Source: an uncultured Alphaproteobacteria bacterium
Lineage (GTDB): Bacteria; Pseudomonadota; Alphaproteobacteria; ATCC43930; CGMCC-115725
Length of the DNA: 64,000 nt
Direction: 5' to 3'
NCBI GenBank assembly: GCA_963772965.1
Contig: CAVYZU010000002.1
Coordinates: forward strand, 1,199,751-1,263,750
The position numbers and the translations under genes were made by a program. This document shows, piece after piece, positions 29,964-38,395 of the stretch (positions within the stretch are counted from its first letter, which is position 1; each line of letters begins with the position of its first letter). The notes under the pieces were generated by a model. The model was given only the letters and a program-made list of their open reading frames with translations, ran no database searches and was not told the origin of the DNA.

Positions 29964-30899
29964 TTACGGGGCGGCACCCCACTGTTGCCCCGTCGGCTCG
30001 TCTAGGGACGTGCCGAGGAAGCGGACGATCGGGTCGGCAATTGTCTGGGCGTATTCCTCGTGCAGACCGAGCGATCCCGCCATCCAGCGCAGATCAACGC
30101 CCGATTGTCCGGCGAGCGCTGCCATTTCCGCCTTGGATCTGGCTGGCGTCGCATTGCCGCACAAAACTAAGATTGGTACAGGCGGCGGGTTGAACAATGC
30201 GAGAAAGGCCGGGCGGTCCGATACTGGGTCGAGCTGGCCGGAGACAAACGCCACCGACGCGAAGCGCGCCCCCGGACGGCGCGCCACCTCTTGCTTTTTC
30301 GCGACGAAAGCCGGTGTTACCCGGCTGACCTCGCTGTAGACGTGGCGGCGATACATCAAGCTTATGACCGAGCGGAGCGTGTTGAGCCGATAGAGCGCCT
30401 CGCCGATCACCGGTGTGCCGACAAGCCCCCGGGCGCACGCGTAAGCTCTCGGATGCTCACCCATCGCGGTCGGGGGCGGTCCCCGCCAGGTCGGCGCCAA
30501 TAGCACGGCGTGCGACCACGCGCCCGGGCGATTACGTGCCAGCGCGAGCGCATAGGAGGCGGCGTGTCCGGCGGCAACGACCGCCGCGCCGCTCGGCACG
30601 ACCGCAGCCGCGAAATCGGCAAGAAAATGATGATAGAGCTGTGGCTCGTAGCCAAGCCGCCCCCGCGTGCTGTCGCCAAAACCGGGCCAGTCGACCAGCA
30701 CGCAGCTGCGGCCTTGGGCGGCAAGACGCTCGGCCAAGGGGCGCATTTCTTCGCGGCTCGAAACGGTGCTGAAGGCCGGCAGGAGCAGCACGGGCCGGTT
30801 GGTTTTCAACCTACGGGCTTGTTCAGTCGGCCCTAATGTCTCATAGGTGATGCTGATCGGGCGTTCTCGCCACTCCCATTGAAAGGCGCATGCGGCCAT
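29964..30899 (-). CDS. alpha/beta hydrolase fold protein (last gene of the zur operon)
   Basis: PVLLLPAFSTVSSREEM, VLVDWPGFGDS, nucleophile-elbow region AAGHAASYALALA. Confidence 0.8.
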   Translation of the reverse strand: MAACAFQWEWRERPISITYETLGPTEQARRLKTNRPVLLLPAFSTVSSREEMRPLAERLAAQGRSCVLVDWPGFGDSTRGRLGYEPQLYHHFLADFAAAVVPSGAAVVAAGHAASYALALARNRPGAWSHAVLLAPTWRGPPPTAMGEHPRAYACARGLVGTPVIGEALYRLNTLRSVISLMYRRHVYSEVSRVTPAFVAKKQEVARRPGARFASVAFVSGQLDPVSDRPAFLALFNPPPVPILVLCGNATPARSKAEMAALAGQSGVDLRWMAGSLGLHEEYAQTIADPIVRFLGTSLDEPTGQQWGAAP

Positions 30900-30905
30900 A
30901 GCGGC

Positions 30906-31358
30906 TCAGCCGCGACAGGACGGGCAGAGACCCACGAACTCCATCGTGTTGCGGTCGAGGGCAAAGCCGAGGCGGCGCCCGAGACTTTCGGTCGCCTGCG
31001 CGACCTGCCAATCTTCGGTCTCGACAACCGTACCGCACCGCCGGCAGACGAGCATTTGGCTGGGATGCGTGTGATCCGGCATCGCACAGGCGACGAAGCT
31101 CTTGGTGCTGTCAATACGATGCACCAGTCCAAGCTCGGTCAGGAAATCGAGACTGCGATAGACGCCGGCGGGAGTCGCCGAGGGATCCTTCGGACGCAAC
31201 AGGTCCAGAATTTCATATGCCGTCAGCGGGCGTTCCGCAGAGAGCACCGACTGCAATACATTTCGGCGCAACCGGGTCAGGCGGGCGCCCATTCGCCGAC
31301 AAAACTCCTCGGCCGATTGCAGGGCTCTTGCATGGTCGTGAGGAGTGGGCATTCGCAC
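30906..31358 (-). CDS. zur: Fur family transcriptional regulator, Zur-like
   Basis: HDHARALQSAEEFCRRMGARLTRLRRNVL, YRSLDFLTELGLVHRI, CRRCG ... CPSC. Confidence 0.85.
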   Translation of the reverse strand: MRMPTPHDHARALQSAEEFCRRMGARLTRLRRNVLQSVLSAERPLTAYEILDLLRPKDPSATPAGVYRSLDFLTELGLVHRIDSTKSFVACAMPDHTHPSQMLVCRRCGTVVETEDWQVAQATESLGRRLGFALDRNTMEFVGLCPSCRG

Positions 31359-31579
31359 ACTCTAACCCATCCCGCCGCTTCACCTCTGCCAATGATCGAG
31401 CCGGGTGTCGATTGCAAGCCCTGCCCGAAATCGTGGAGCTGTCTCAGGATTTGGCGGCGGCGATCGTCTGTCGTTTCCCGCCAACTATACGCTTCTTCGC
31501 GCGTTCTCAGGCAGCCAAAGCAATAGCCGGTCCGCCGATCGAAGCGGCAAACAGCAACGCAAGGCGACGGTACCGCCAT
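31277..31579 (-). CDS. DUF1289 domain protein
   Basis: MAVPSPCVAVCRFDRRTGYCFGCLRTREEAYSWRE; TGATG coupling with the WD40 gene. The 3' 82 nt overlap the zur start, so the C-terminal tail is doubtful. Confidence 0.65.
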   Translation of the reverse strand: MAVPSPCVAVCRFDRRTGYCFGCLRTREEAYSWRETTDDRRRQILRQLHDFGQGLQSTPGSIIGRGEAAGWVRVCECPLLTTMQEPCNRPRSFVGEWAPA

Positions 31580-32634
31580 CAGGCAGGGAGGCCCTTCGAC
31601 AGGTCGAACAGCGCGACTGCGCCGGCCTCGGTACCGACGGCGAGGTGAGTGCCGTCGCGCGACCAAGCCAGAGCGGTAATCCGCTCCCAATCGGGCCACC
31701 GCAGGCGCACCACCATCTCTTGTCGGGACAGCGCGCAAACAATCACCTGTCCCTCGTCAAATCCGGCCGCGACGATCGGGTTTTTCGGGTGGACGGCAAC
31801 TGACGTGACCAGCCGCCCCAGCCCGCTGCCGATTTCGAGCGGCGGCTTGCCCATCGGCCCGCCGCCGGTGAAGCTCCAGGCAGTCACGCAATCGCCGCCC
31901 GAGGTGGCAAGAATCATCGGCCGCCTCTGCCAATCCATCGAGCGCACTTTCGTGGCATAACCGGCCATGCTCATGGTTTGGTGGTCGGTGAGCCGCCAGC
32001 CGTGCAGTTCGCGCTCCTGCATGGTTGTCAGCACCGTTGTGCCATCCGGGCTCCAAGTGACGCCGATATGCGAGCCTCGCCATTCGAGCCTCGTGGCTCC
32101 CTGATCGAGCTTCCCGGTCCAGCGCAATGTCGCCCCGCCATAGTGAGATACGGCAAGCCGCTTCCCCTTGGGGTTGAAGGCGAGCCCGGTCACGGTGCTG
32201 GGATGGTCCGCCGATGCACCCACCGTTTCGCCGGCCCGGTCGAGTAGGCGGACCTCTCTTCCGCCAGCCACGGCACGAAATCCGCCGGAAGAGCTCACGG
32301 CGACGACATCGGCTTGGCGCCCCGGAAACTCCGCCAAAACCCTCACCTCGCCGCGGACGTCCGTTCGCGCTACACAACCGTCATCACCGCCCGTTACGAC
32401 ACCCGCGCCGTCGATGTCGATAGCCATCGCGAGGACCGCGGCGCCTTCGCGATGTGGTTGGACGGTTCTCGGTGACCCACCCTCCGCAGGAGCGAAGAGC
32501 CGAACCGATCCGTCACCCAGCCCCGCCGCCAATGTACCCTCGGCGAGAAATGCAAGGCCGGTTATCGCCGCGTCGAACGAGAATTCCTGTCGGGGCGGCG
32601 TCTGGATCTGAGGATTGTCGCACGCCTGAATCAT
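31579..32634 (-). CDS. WD40/beta-propeller repeat protein
   Basis: Repeated ...GGDDGCV..., WSPDGTTV, WSRDGTHLAVGTEAGAVALFDL. ATG 32634 forms an ATGA overlap with the COG0523 stop. Confidence 0.8.
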   Translation of the reverse strand: MIQACDNPQIQTPPRQEFSFDAAITGLAFLAEGTLAAGLGDGSVRLFAPAEGGSPRTVQPHREGAAVLAMAIDIDGAGVVTGGDDGCVARTDVRGEVRVLAEFPGRQADVVAVSSSGGFRAVAGGREVRLLDRAGETVGASADHPSTVTGLAFNPKGKRLAVSHYGGATLRWTGKLDQGATRLEWRGSHIGVTWSPDGTTVLTTMQERELHGWRLTDHQTMSMAGYATKVRSMDWQRRPMILATSGGDCVTAWSFTGGGPMGKPPLEIGSGLGRLVTSVAVHPKNPIVAAGFDEGQVIVCALSRQEMVVRLRWPDWERITALAWSRDGTHLAVGTEAGAVALFDLSKGLPA

Positions 32635-33599
32635 GCGGCGAGGCAAGCGGCAAAGCCGGCGCGCAATTCGGCCGGGTCGAGATTACGGCCGATAAAGACC
32701 AGTTTGGCATCGCGAAGCTCGCCCGATCGCCAACGCTTTCCGTCGTCGCCTTCCATCAACATGTGCACGGCCTGGAATACAAACCGGTCGGGACTGCCTT
32801 TTATGTTCAGAATCCCCTTCGAGCGCAGAATGTCCTGCCCGCGGGTTCGCAATAACGCGCTGATCCATGCATTGAACTTGTTGATGTCGATCGCACCCTC
32901 TTGCCTGAGCGCGACGCTGGTGATTGCGTCATCATGCTGATGGTCGTCTTCACCAAGAAAATTGGGCTCGACCGCCAGAATGCGATCGAGATCAAAGGCG
33001 CGTTGATCAAGCAAGTCTTCAATCGGAACAAGGCAACGTTCGGTGCGATGGAGAACAGCCGTCGGATTGAGCGCGCGAATGCGCAACTCGATCTGGGCGA
33101 GTTCGTCGGCTGGAACGAGATCGACCTTGTTGATCAAAATAGTATCGGCGAAGGCAATCTGCTCGGCCGTCTCGTGGCTGTCTTCCAGCCGAGCGGCGAG
33201 GTGTTTGGCGTCGACCACCGTGACGATGCTGTCGAGCTTCGCCCTCGCGCGCACTTCCTCATCGACAAAGAATGTCTGCGCAACCGGTGCAGGGTCAGCG
33301 AGGCCCGTGGTCTCAATCAGAATGCCATCTAGCTGACCCGTGCGCTTCAGCAGGTTGCCGATGATGCGGATCAAATCGCCGCGCACGGTACAGCAAATGC
33401 ACCCGTTGTTCATTTCGAAGACTTCCTCGTCGGCGTTCACGACGAGTTCGTTGTCGATGCCGATCTCGCCAAACTCATTGACGATTACCGCGTATTTGCG
33501 GCCATGCTCTTCGGAAAGCACGCGGTTGAGAAGCGTTGTCTTGCCGGCGCCGAGATAGCCGGTCAGCACGGTTACAGGGATCGGGGCAGCTTCGGGCAC
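32631..33599 (-). CDS. COG0523 (CobW/ZigA/YeiR-type) metallochaperone GTPase
   Basis: P-loop GYLGAGKTTLLN, metal motif GCICCT, ETTGLADP. Confidence 0.9.
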   Translation of the reverse strand: MPEAAPIPVTVLTGYLGAGKTTLLNRVLSEEHGRKYAVIVNEFGEIGIDNELVVNADEEVFEMNNGCICCTVRGDLIRIIGNLLKRTGQLDGILIETTGLADPAPVAQTFFVDEEVRARAKLDSIVTVVDAKHLAARLEDSHETAEQIAFADTILINKVDLVPADELAQIELRIRALNPTAVLHRTERCLVPIEDLLDQRAFDLDRILAVEPNFLGEDDHQHDDAITSVALRQEGAIDINKFNAWISALLRTRGQDILRSKGILNIKGSPDRFVFQAVHMLMEGDDGKRWRSGELRDAKLVFIGRNLDPAELRAGFAACLAA

Positions 33600-33643
33600 G
33601 GCACAGCTCCACTCGTGGGCACGATGGCGCAGCCTATCACTTT

Positions 33644-33660
33644 TTGATATAACATATCAA
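33644..33660. promoter_or_regulatory. 7-3-7 palindrome, candidate Zur/Fur-family operator in the divergent COG0523 / NiCoT promoter region
   Basis: TTGATAT-AAC-ATATCAA has perfect arms and is AT-rich in a GC-rich genome. It lies 45 bp upstream of the COG0523 start and 126 bp upstream of NiCoT. Confidence 0.5.
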
Positions 33661-33785
33661 TGAGACAATGTATCAATCGCGGCGATGCCTGGCTCGCGGC
33701 GGCTTCATGATCGAGCGGACAGGCGAGGCGAACCGAATGTTTCCGGTTTCGCGCCGGCTTCAGTGGCCAACAATGCGAGGGTATT

Positions 33786-34850
33786 TTGTCGGAGATTTCG
33801 TCAGCTATAGGGAACGAAAGTAATGCCGATCTCCATCGGCGCTTGATCGGCCTCTACGCTTCCCTGATCGGCGCGAATCTCTTGGTTTGGCTTTGGGGCT
33901 TCCTGGCACTGCGCAGCCATCCCGTGCTGCTTGGGTTGGCGCTTCTCCCCTATACTTTTGGTCTCCGCCACGCCGTCGACGCCGATCATATCGCGGCAAT
34001 CGACAATTCGACGCGCAAGCTGATGCAGCAAGGTCAGAGGCCGGTCGGGGTGGGGCTGTATTTCTCCCTCGGTCATTCGGCGGTCATCGTTCTGATGTCG
34101 ATCGCCGTAGGCTTCGCGACTTCGGAAGTCAGCTCCCGCTTCGATCGGTTCAAGGCGACCGGCGCGATCGTCAGTACTAGTGCGTCGGCGTTGTTCTTGT
34201 TCCTGCTCGCCACCTTCAACCTGGTCGTGCTGGTTTCCGTCTACCGAACATTTCAGGCGGTTAAGAGCGGCGCTCCTTTCGCTGAGGACGATTTTGACAT
34301 CCTTCTGAATAGTCGCGGTTTGCTCGGGCGGTTGTTCCGGCCCTTGTTTCGAATGGTGAGCAGGAGCTGGCATCTGCTCCCGATCGGCTTTCTGTTCGGA
34401 TTGGGTTTCGACACCGCGACCGAGGTCGCCCTGCTCGGCATATCGGCGACGCAAGCTGCCAACGGCGCTTGGTTCGGGACGCTTCTGGTGTTCCCTGCCC
34501 TGTTTGCCGCCGGGATGTCGCTGGTCGATACGAGCGACGGCGTGCTGATGCTCGGGGCCTATGGCTGGGCGTTCAGGAAACCCATCCGCAAGCTCTATTA
34601 CAACCTGACCATCACGGCCGTGTCGGTCGTGGTGGCAGTGGTGATCGGTGGCATCGAGACCCTTGGACTGATCGCCGACGCCTTAAAGCTCGGGGGCCGA
34701 TTTTGGGAAAACGTCGGAGCGGTCAACGACAATTTCGGCATCCTCGGCTACGTCATCATCGGCGTGTTCGCGGTGAGCTGGCTCATTTCGGTCATTATCT
34801 ACTGGGCCAATCGCTATGACGATGTGGAGGTATCAGCTCGCCTCTCATAA
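33786..34850 (+). CDS. NiCoT (HoxN/HupN/NixA) family nickel/cobalt transporter
   Basis: FGLRHAVDADHIAAIDN signature, LGFDTATEV. TTG 33786 is the longest start and is uncertain. Confidence 0.88.
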   Translation: MSEISSAIGNESNADLHRRLIGLYASLIGANLLVWLWGFLALRSHPVLLGLALLPYTFGLRHAVDADHIAAIDNSTRKLMQQGQRPVGVGLYFSLGHSAVIVLMSIAVGFATSEVSSRFDRFKATGAIVSTSASALFLFLLATFNLVVLVSVYRTFQAVKSGAPFAEDDFDILLNSRGLLGRLFRPLFRMVSRSWHLLPIGFLFGLGFDTATEVALLGISATQAANGAWFGTLLVFPALFAAGMSLVDTSDGVLMLGAYGWAFRKPIRKLYYNLTITAVSVVVAVVIGGIETLGLIADALKLGGRFWENVGAVNDNFGILGYVIIGVFAVSWLISVIIYWANRYDDVEVSARLS

Positions 34851-34869
34851 GGTTTTGCTCGGAGCGCAC

Positions 34870-35197
34870 GCCGCCGCCCTTGGATGATCGGGGTCGCGCT
34901 GGAATTCTGCACGCCCCTAAACCGCTGATGAACCCGGATGCCCGCCGCCGCCTTGCCGGACCCGGATCAGGTAGTCGGACGGGAGGTTGTCGCCCATGCC
35001 GTCGCGCTCTTGAACGAGCGCCCACAGATCGCCGGTTTCCGGCTGGAAAGCGAGGGCGGTCGCGTTGCGCGTACCTGAGGCGAAAGTCATCTGGTTCGAG
35101 CCATCGGCTGAGAAACGCTGGATCGTCGCCTTGGGGCGGGCTCGACCCCGAGATTGCCCGCCGAGCCGACGCCGACAAACAGATCCCCGGTCTTTAC
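34870..35197 (-). pseudogene. degraded internal fragment of a PQQ-dependent sugar (sorbosone/glucose) dehydrogenase-like gene
   Basis: Reverse-strand pieces in two frames: VKTGDLFVGVGSAGNLG and IQRFSADGSNQMTFASGTRNATALAFQPETGDLWALVQERDGMGDNLPSDYLIRV, then stops. No start and no N- or C-terminal parts. Confidence 0.4.
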
Positions 35198-35198
35198 C

Positions 35199-36527
35199 TC
35201 AGCCGATCAGGGGCGGGTGCGGCGGGCGCTCGGTCATTGGCGGGAACGGGCGCTCGGTCGGGCCTTGATAGAGCTGGCGGGGACGGAAGATACGAGTTTC
35301 GGGGTCGGCTATCATCTCGTTCCAGTGTGCCACCCAGCCGACGGTGCGCGCCACGGCAAAGACCGGGGTGAACATCACCGCCGGCAATCCCAGTGCTCGG
35401 AAAATGATGCCGGAATAAAAATCGACATTGGGATAGAGCTTGCGGCTGACGAAATAGTCGTCCTCCAGAGCGATCCGCTCGAGTTCCATTGCCAGTGCCA
35501 ATAGCGGGTCGTCGCGCCGGCCGAGCGCCGCCAATACCTCCTGGCACAAGGGACGCAATACCTTTGCGCGCGGGTCGTAGCTCTTGTAGACGCGGTGGCC
35601 AAAGCCCATCAGCCGGAACGGGTCGTTTTTGTCTTTGGCGCGGCGCAGCATTTCGGGAATGCGGTCGACTGTGCCGATCTCCTGCAGGGTCTGCAATACC
35701 GCCTCATTGGCGCCGCCATGTAATGGCCCCCACAATGCGGCGATCGCCGCCGCAGTGCAGGCATAGGGGTTGGCGCGGGTCGAGCCGACGAGCCGCATCG
35801 CCGAGGTGGAGGCGTTCTGTTCGTGGTCGGCCTGGACGATCAGCAATGCCTCCAGCGCGCGTACTGCCGCGGGTGCCGGCCGATAAGGCTCGCACGGCAC
35901 CGAGAACAGCATATGCAGAAAGTTCTCGACATGCCCGAAATCGTTCTTGGGGTACACAAAAGGCTGGCCCAGCGAATATTTGTAAGCCATCGCCGCTATG
36001 GTCGGCATCTTTGCGATCAGCCGGTGCGAGGCAATCAGCCGATGACGCGGATCAAAAATGTCGAGACCGTCGTGATAAAACGCCGCCAACGCGCCGACGA
36101 CGCCGCACATGACCGCCATTGGGTGCGCATCGCGGCGAAACCCACGGTAGATCGCGTGGATCTGCTCGTTGAGCATCGTGTGCAAGGTGATATCGCGGGT
36201 GAATTGGGTGAGTTGTCCCGTATCCGGCAATTCGCCGTTGAGCAGCAGCCACGCGGTTTCGAGGAAACTGCAATGCTCGACCAGGGTGTCGATCGGATAG
36301 CCGCGATAGAGCAGCACGCCGTTGTCGCCATCGACATAAGTGATCGCAGAACGGCAGATCCCAGTCTCGCCGAGGGCTGGATCGTAGGCGAGGCAGCCGC
36401 TTTCCTTGGGCAACGAGCGAATGTCGACCATCGGCATGCCGAGGGTAGGGTGCAGCAGCGGGAGCGGCGGGAGTTCGGTGTGCCCGGGAAGCTCCTCGGG
36501 CCGTTCGAGATTGGTGATTGCGCTCAT
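35199..36527 (-). CDS. gltA: citrate synthase (type II)
   Basis: 442 aa. [60 protein letters not shown]. Confidence 0.93.
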   Translation of the reverse strand: MSAITNLERPEELPGHTELPPLPLLHPTLGMPMVDIRSLPKESGCLAYDPALGETGICRSAITYVDGDNGVLLYRGYPIDTLVEHCSFLETAWLLLNGELPDTGQLTQFTRDITLHTMLNEQIHAIYRGFRRDAHPMAVMCGVVGALAAFYHDGLDIFDPRHRLIASHRLIAKMPTIAAMAYKYSLGQPFVYPKNDFGHVENFLHMLFSVPCEPYRPAPAAVRALEALLIVQADHEQNASTSAMRLVGSTRANPYACTAAAIAALWGPLHGGANEAVLQTLQEIGTVDRIPEMLRRAKDKNDPFRLMGFGHRVYKSYDPRAKVLRPLCQEVLAALGRRDDPLLALAMELERIALEDDYFVSRKLYPNVDFYSGIIFRALGLPAVMFTPVFAVARTVGWVAHWNEMIADPETRIFRPRQLYQGPTERPFPPMTERPPHPPLIG

Positions 36528-36607
36528 CGGTTCCTCCGCGTAGATGGACAGAGTTGACCGGCATCGACCATATAAGTCAATCTTGATTCAATGATCAACC
36601 TTAAACG

Positions 36608-37765
36608 ATGTTGCTGACCGCGCGCGAGGCCGCTGACCGCCTCGGCATCAAGCTCGACACGCTTTACGCCTATGTCAGCCGCGGCCGATTGCGCTCGGTC
36701 GCGGTGCCCGGGACCCGTCAGCGGCGCTATCGCAGCGAGGATATCGAGGCATTTCGCGGCGCGACGGCGGCCCCACTGCGCGCCGCTGCGGCCGAAGCGC
36801 TGTCCCCGGTCATCGCCTCGTCGATCTGCCTGATCGAGAACGGCCGGCTGTATTACCGCGGCCGGGATGCAATCGCGCTGTCCGAGACCGAAAGCCTGGA
36901 GGATGTCGCGCGCCTCTTGTGGCAGGCCGCGCCGAGTGACGACCAGACCGCCCTAGCCTCGGACGCTGCCGCGCTAAAGCCACCGGCCGGGCTCAACGGG
37001 TTGGTCGAGCGCTGTCAGAGCCGGCTCGCGGCACTAGCCGATGCTGATCTGCCGGCGCTCGACTTAACCCGTCCGGGTGTCGTCCGTACCGGGGGGCTGA
37101 TCTTGCGCGAGCTCGCCGCCTGCGTCGCCCCGTTGCCGCCCTCGGCCGAGCCGGTGCACCGGCAGCTCGCCGCCGCCTGGCATCTGGATGAGGCCGGCGC
37201 CGAAATCGTGCGGCGCTGCCTGGTATTGCTGGCCGATCACGAATTGAACGCGTCAACCTTAGTCACGCGCTGTGTCGCCTCGACCGGCGCCACACCGTAT
37301 GCCGTCATTGCGGCGGCGCTGGCGGCGCTGTCCGGCCGCCGCCATGGTGGTGCCTCGGCCCGCGCCGAGGCGTTGTTCCGCGACATAGCTCGCGATGGCG
37401 AGCCGCTGGCGGTAATGGCGGCGCGCCTCGCCCGCGACGAGGGTTTGCCGGGCTTTGGCCACTTTCTTTATCCGAAGGGTGATCCGCGCGCCAAGGCGAT
37501 CCTTAATGCGGTCACCACAGTACTGCCAGCTGCGTGCGGTCGCATCGAGTCAGCGGTCGCTGCTGGGACCCGTCTCACCGGTCGGCTACCCAATGTCGAT
37601 TTCGCCTTGGCCGCGGCGACAACCGCGCTCGAATTGCCACCCAACGCGGCGCTCGGCCTGTTTGTGATCGGCCGCACCGTCGGCTGGATCGCGCACGCGA
37701 TCGAGCAGTATGAGAGCGGTGTCTTGATCCGCCCGCGCGCCCGCTATACCGGCCCGCGCCCGTAG
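36608..37765 (+). CDS. excisionase/MerR-type HTH fused to a citrate-synthase-family domain
   Basis: N-terminal LLTAREAADRLGIKLDTLYAYVSRGRL. Then CS motifs LADHELNASTL, GRRHGGA, GFGHFLYPKGDPRA, PNVDFALAA; catalytic His/His/Asp positions appear retained. Confidence 0.8.
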   Translation: MLLTAREAADRLGIKLDTLYAYVSRGRLRSVAVPGTRQRRYRSEDIEAFRGATAAPLRAAAAEALSPVIASSICLIENGRLYYRGRDAIALSETESLEDVARLLWQAAPSDDQTALASDAAALKPPAGLNGLVERCQSRLAALADADLPALDLTRPGVVRTGGLILRELAACVAPLPPSAEPVHRQLAAAWHLDEAGAEIVRRCLVLLADHELNASTLVTRCVASTGATPYAVIAAALAALSGRRHGGASARAEALFRDIARDGEPLAVMAARLARDEGLPGFGHFLYPKGDPRAKAILNAVTTVLPAACGRIESAVAAGTRLTGRLPNVDFALAAATTALELPPNAALGLFVIGRTVGWIAHAIEQYESGVLIRPRARYTGPRP

Positions 37766-37861
37766 GCAGCGTCGCCGGAATAGGCGGTCGGGCGCGGGAA
37801 CGAATTCAAGTCGCGGCGCGATCATGGTAGGTTCGGCTGTAACAACAAAGGAGACCGGCAT

Positions 37862-38395
37862 TTGAGCGGGCGCGCACCTTCGCCGCCGGACTGGCGCGAT
37901 GAGATATTTGGAGTCCTGAGGCGGGCAGAGATCGCCCAGATCGGCTATGTCCCCGATGCGGGGCATGCGCGTCTGATCGATCTCGTCCGCGCCGATCCCG
38001 AAATCCGCGCGATCCCGCTGACGACCGAAGAGGAGGGGATTGCGGTCGCCGCCGGCGCCTGGCTCGGCGGCCAGCGCGCCGCGCTTTTGATGCAGTCGAG
38101 CGGGGTCGGCAACTGCATCAACATGCTGTCGCTCGCCAAGAACTGCCGCTTTCCGCTCGTCATGGTGGTGACGATGCGTGGCGAATGGGGCGAGTTCAAC
38201 CCGTGGCAGGTGCCCATGGGCGCCAAGACCGCGGCGGCACTCGAGCTGATGGACGTACTAGTCTACCGCGTCGACCATACTGAAGCCGCCGCCGAGACCA
38301 TCGCGGCAGCGATCGACATCGCCTACAACAGCGATCTTGCGGTCGCGGTCTTGCTGTCGCAGCGGCTGATCGGCGCCAAGAGGTGGGTGAAATGA
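37862..38395 (+). CDS. TPP-dependent 2-oxoacid decarboxylase alpha subunit (sulfopyruvate/phosphonopyruvate decarboxylase ComD-like)
   Basis: IGYVPDAGHARLIDL, PLTTEEEGIAVAAGAWLGG, LLMQSSGVGNCINML. TTG start is uncertain. Confidence 0.78.
   Translation: MSGRAPSPPDWRDEIFGVLRRAEIAQIGYVPDAGHARLIDLVRADPEIRAIPLTTEEEGIAVAAGAWLGGQRAALLMQSSGVGNCINMLSLAKNCRFPLVMVVTMRGEWGEFNPWQVPMGAKTAAALELMDVLVYRVDHTEAAAETIAAAIDIAYNSDLAVAVLLSQRLIGAKRWVK

Noticed and set aside
30552-30569. Apparent loss of the nucleophile serine in the zur-operon alpha/beta hydrolase (GHAASY instead of GHSxGG), suggesting a pseudoenzyme.
   Set aside because: The adjacent A-A-S-Y-A could itself serve as a small-x-Ser-x-small nucleophile elbow shifted by two residues. 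This cannot be decided without an alignment or a structure model.
33661-33785. A possible cobalamin riboswitch upstream of the NiCoT transporter.
   Set aside because: The only B12-box-like string (CAGTGGC) is on the wrong strand, and the other conserved cobalamin riboswitch blocks are absent.
36583-36598. TTGAT-n6-ATCAA upstream of the HTH-citrate-synthase gene, and TTGAT-n7-ATCAA at 33644, considered as FNR/FixK boxes.
   Set aside because: The FNR/FixK consensus is TTGAT-n4-ATCAA, so the spacings here do not fit. They are kept only as generic candidate operators.
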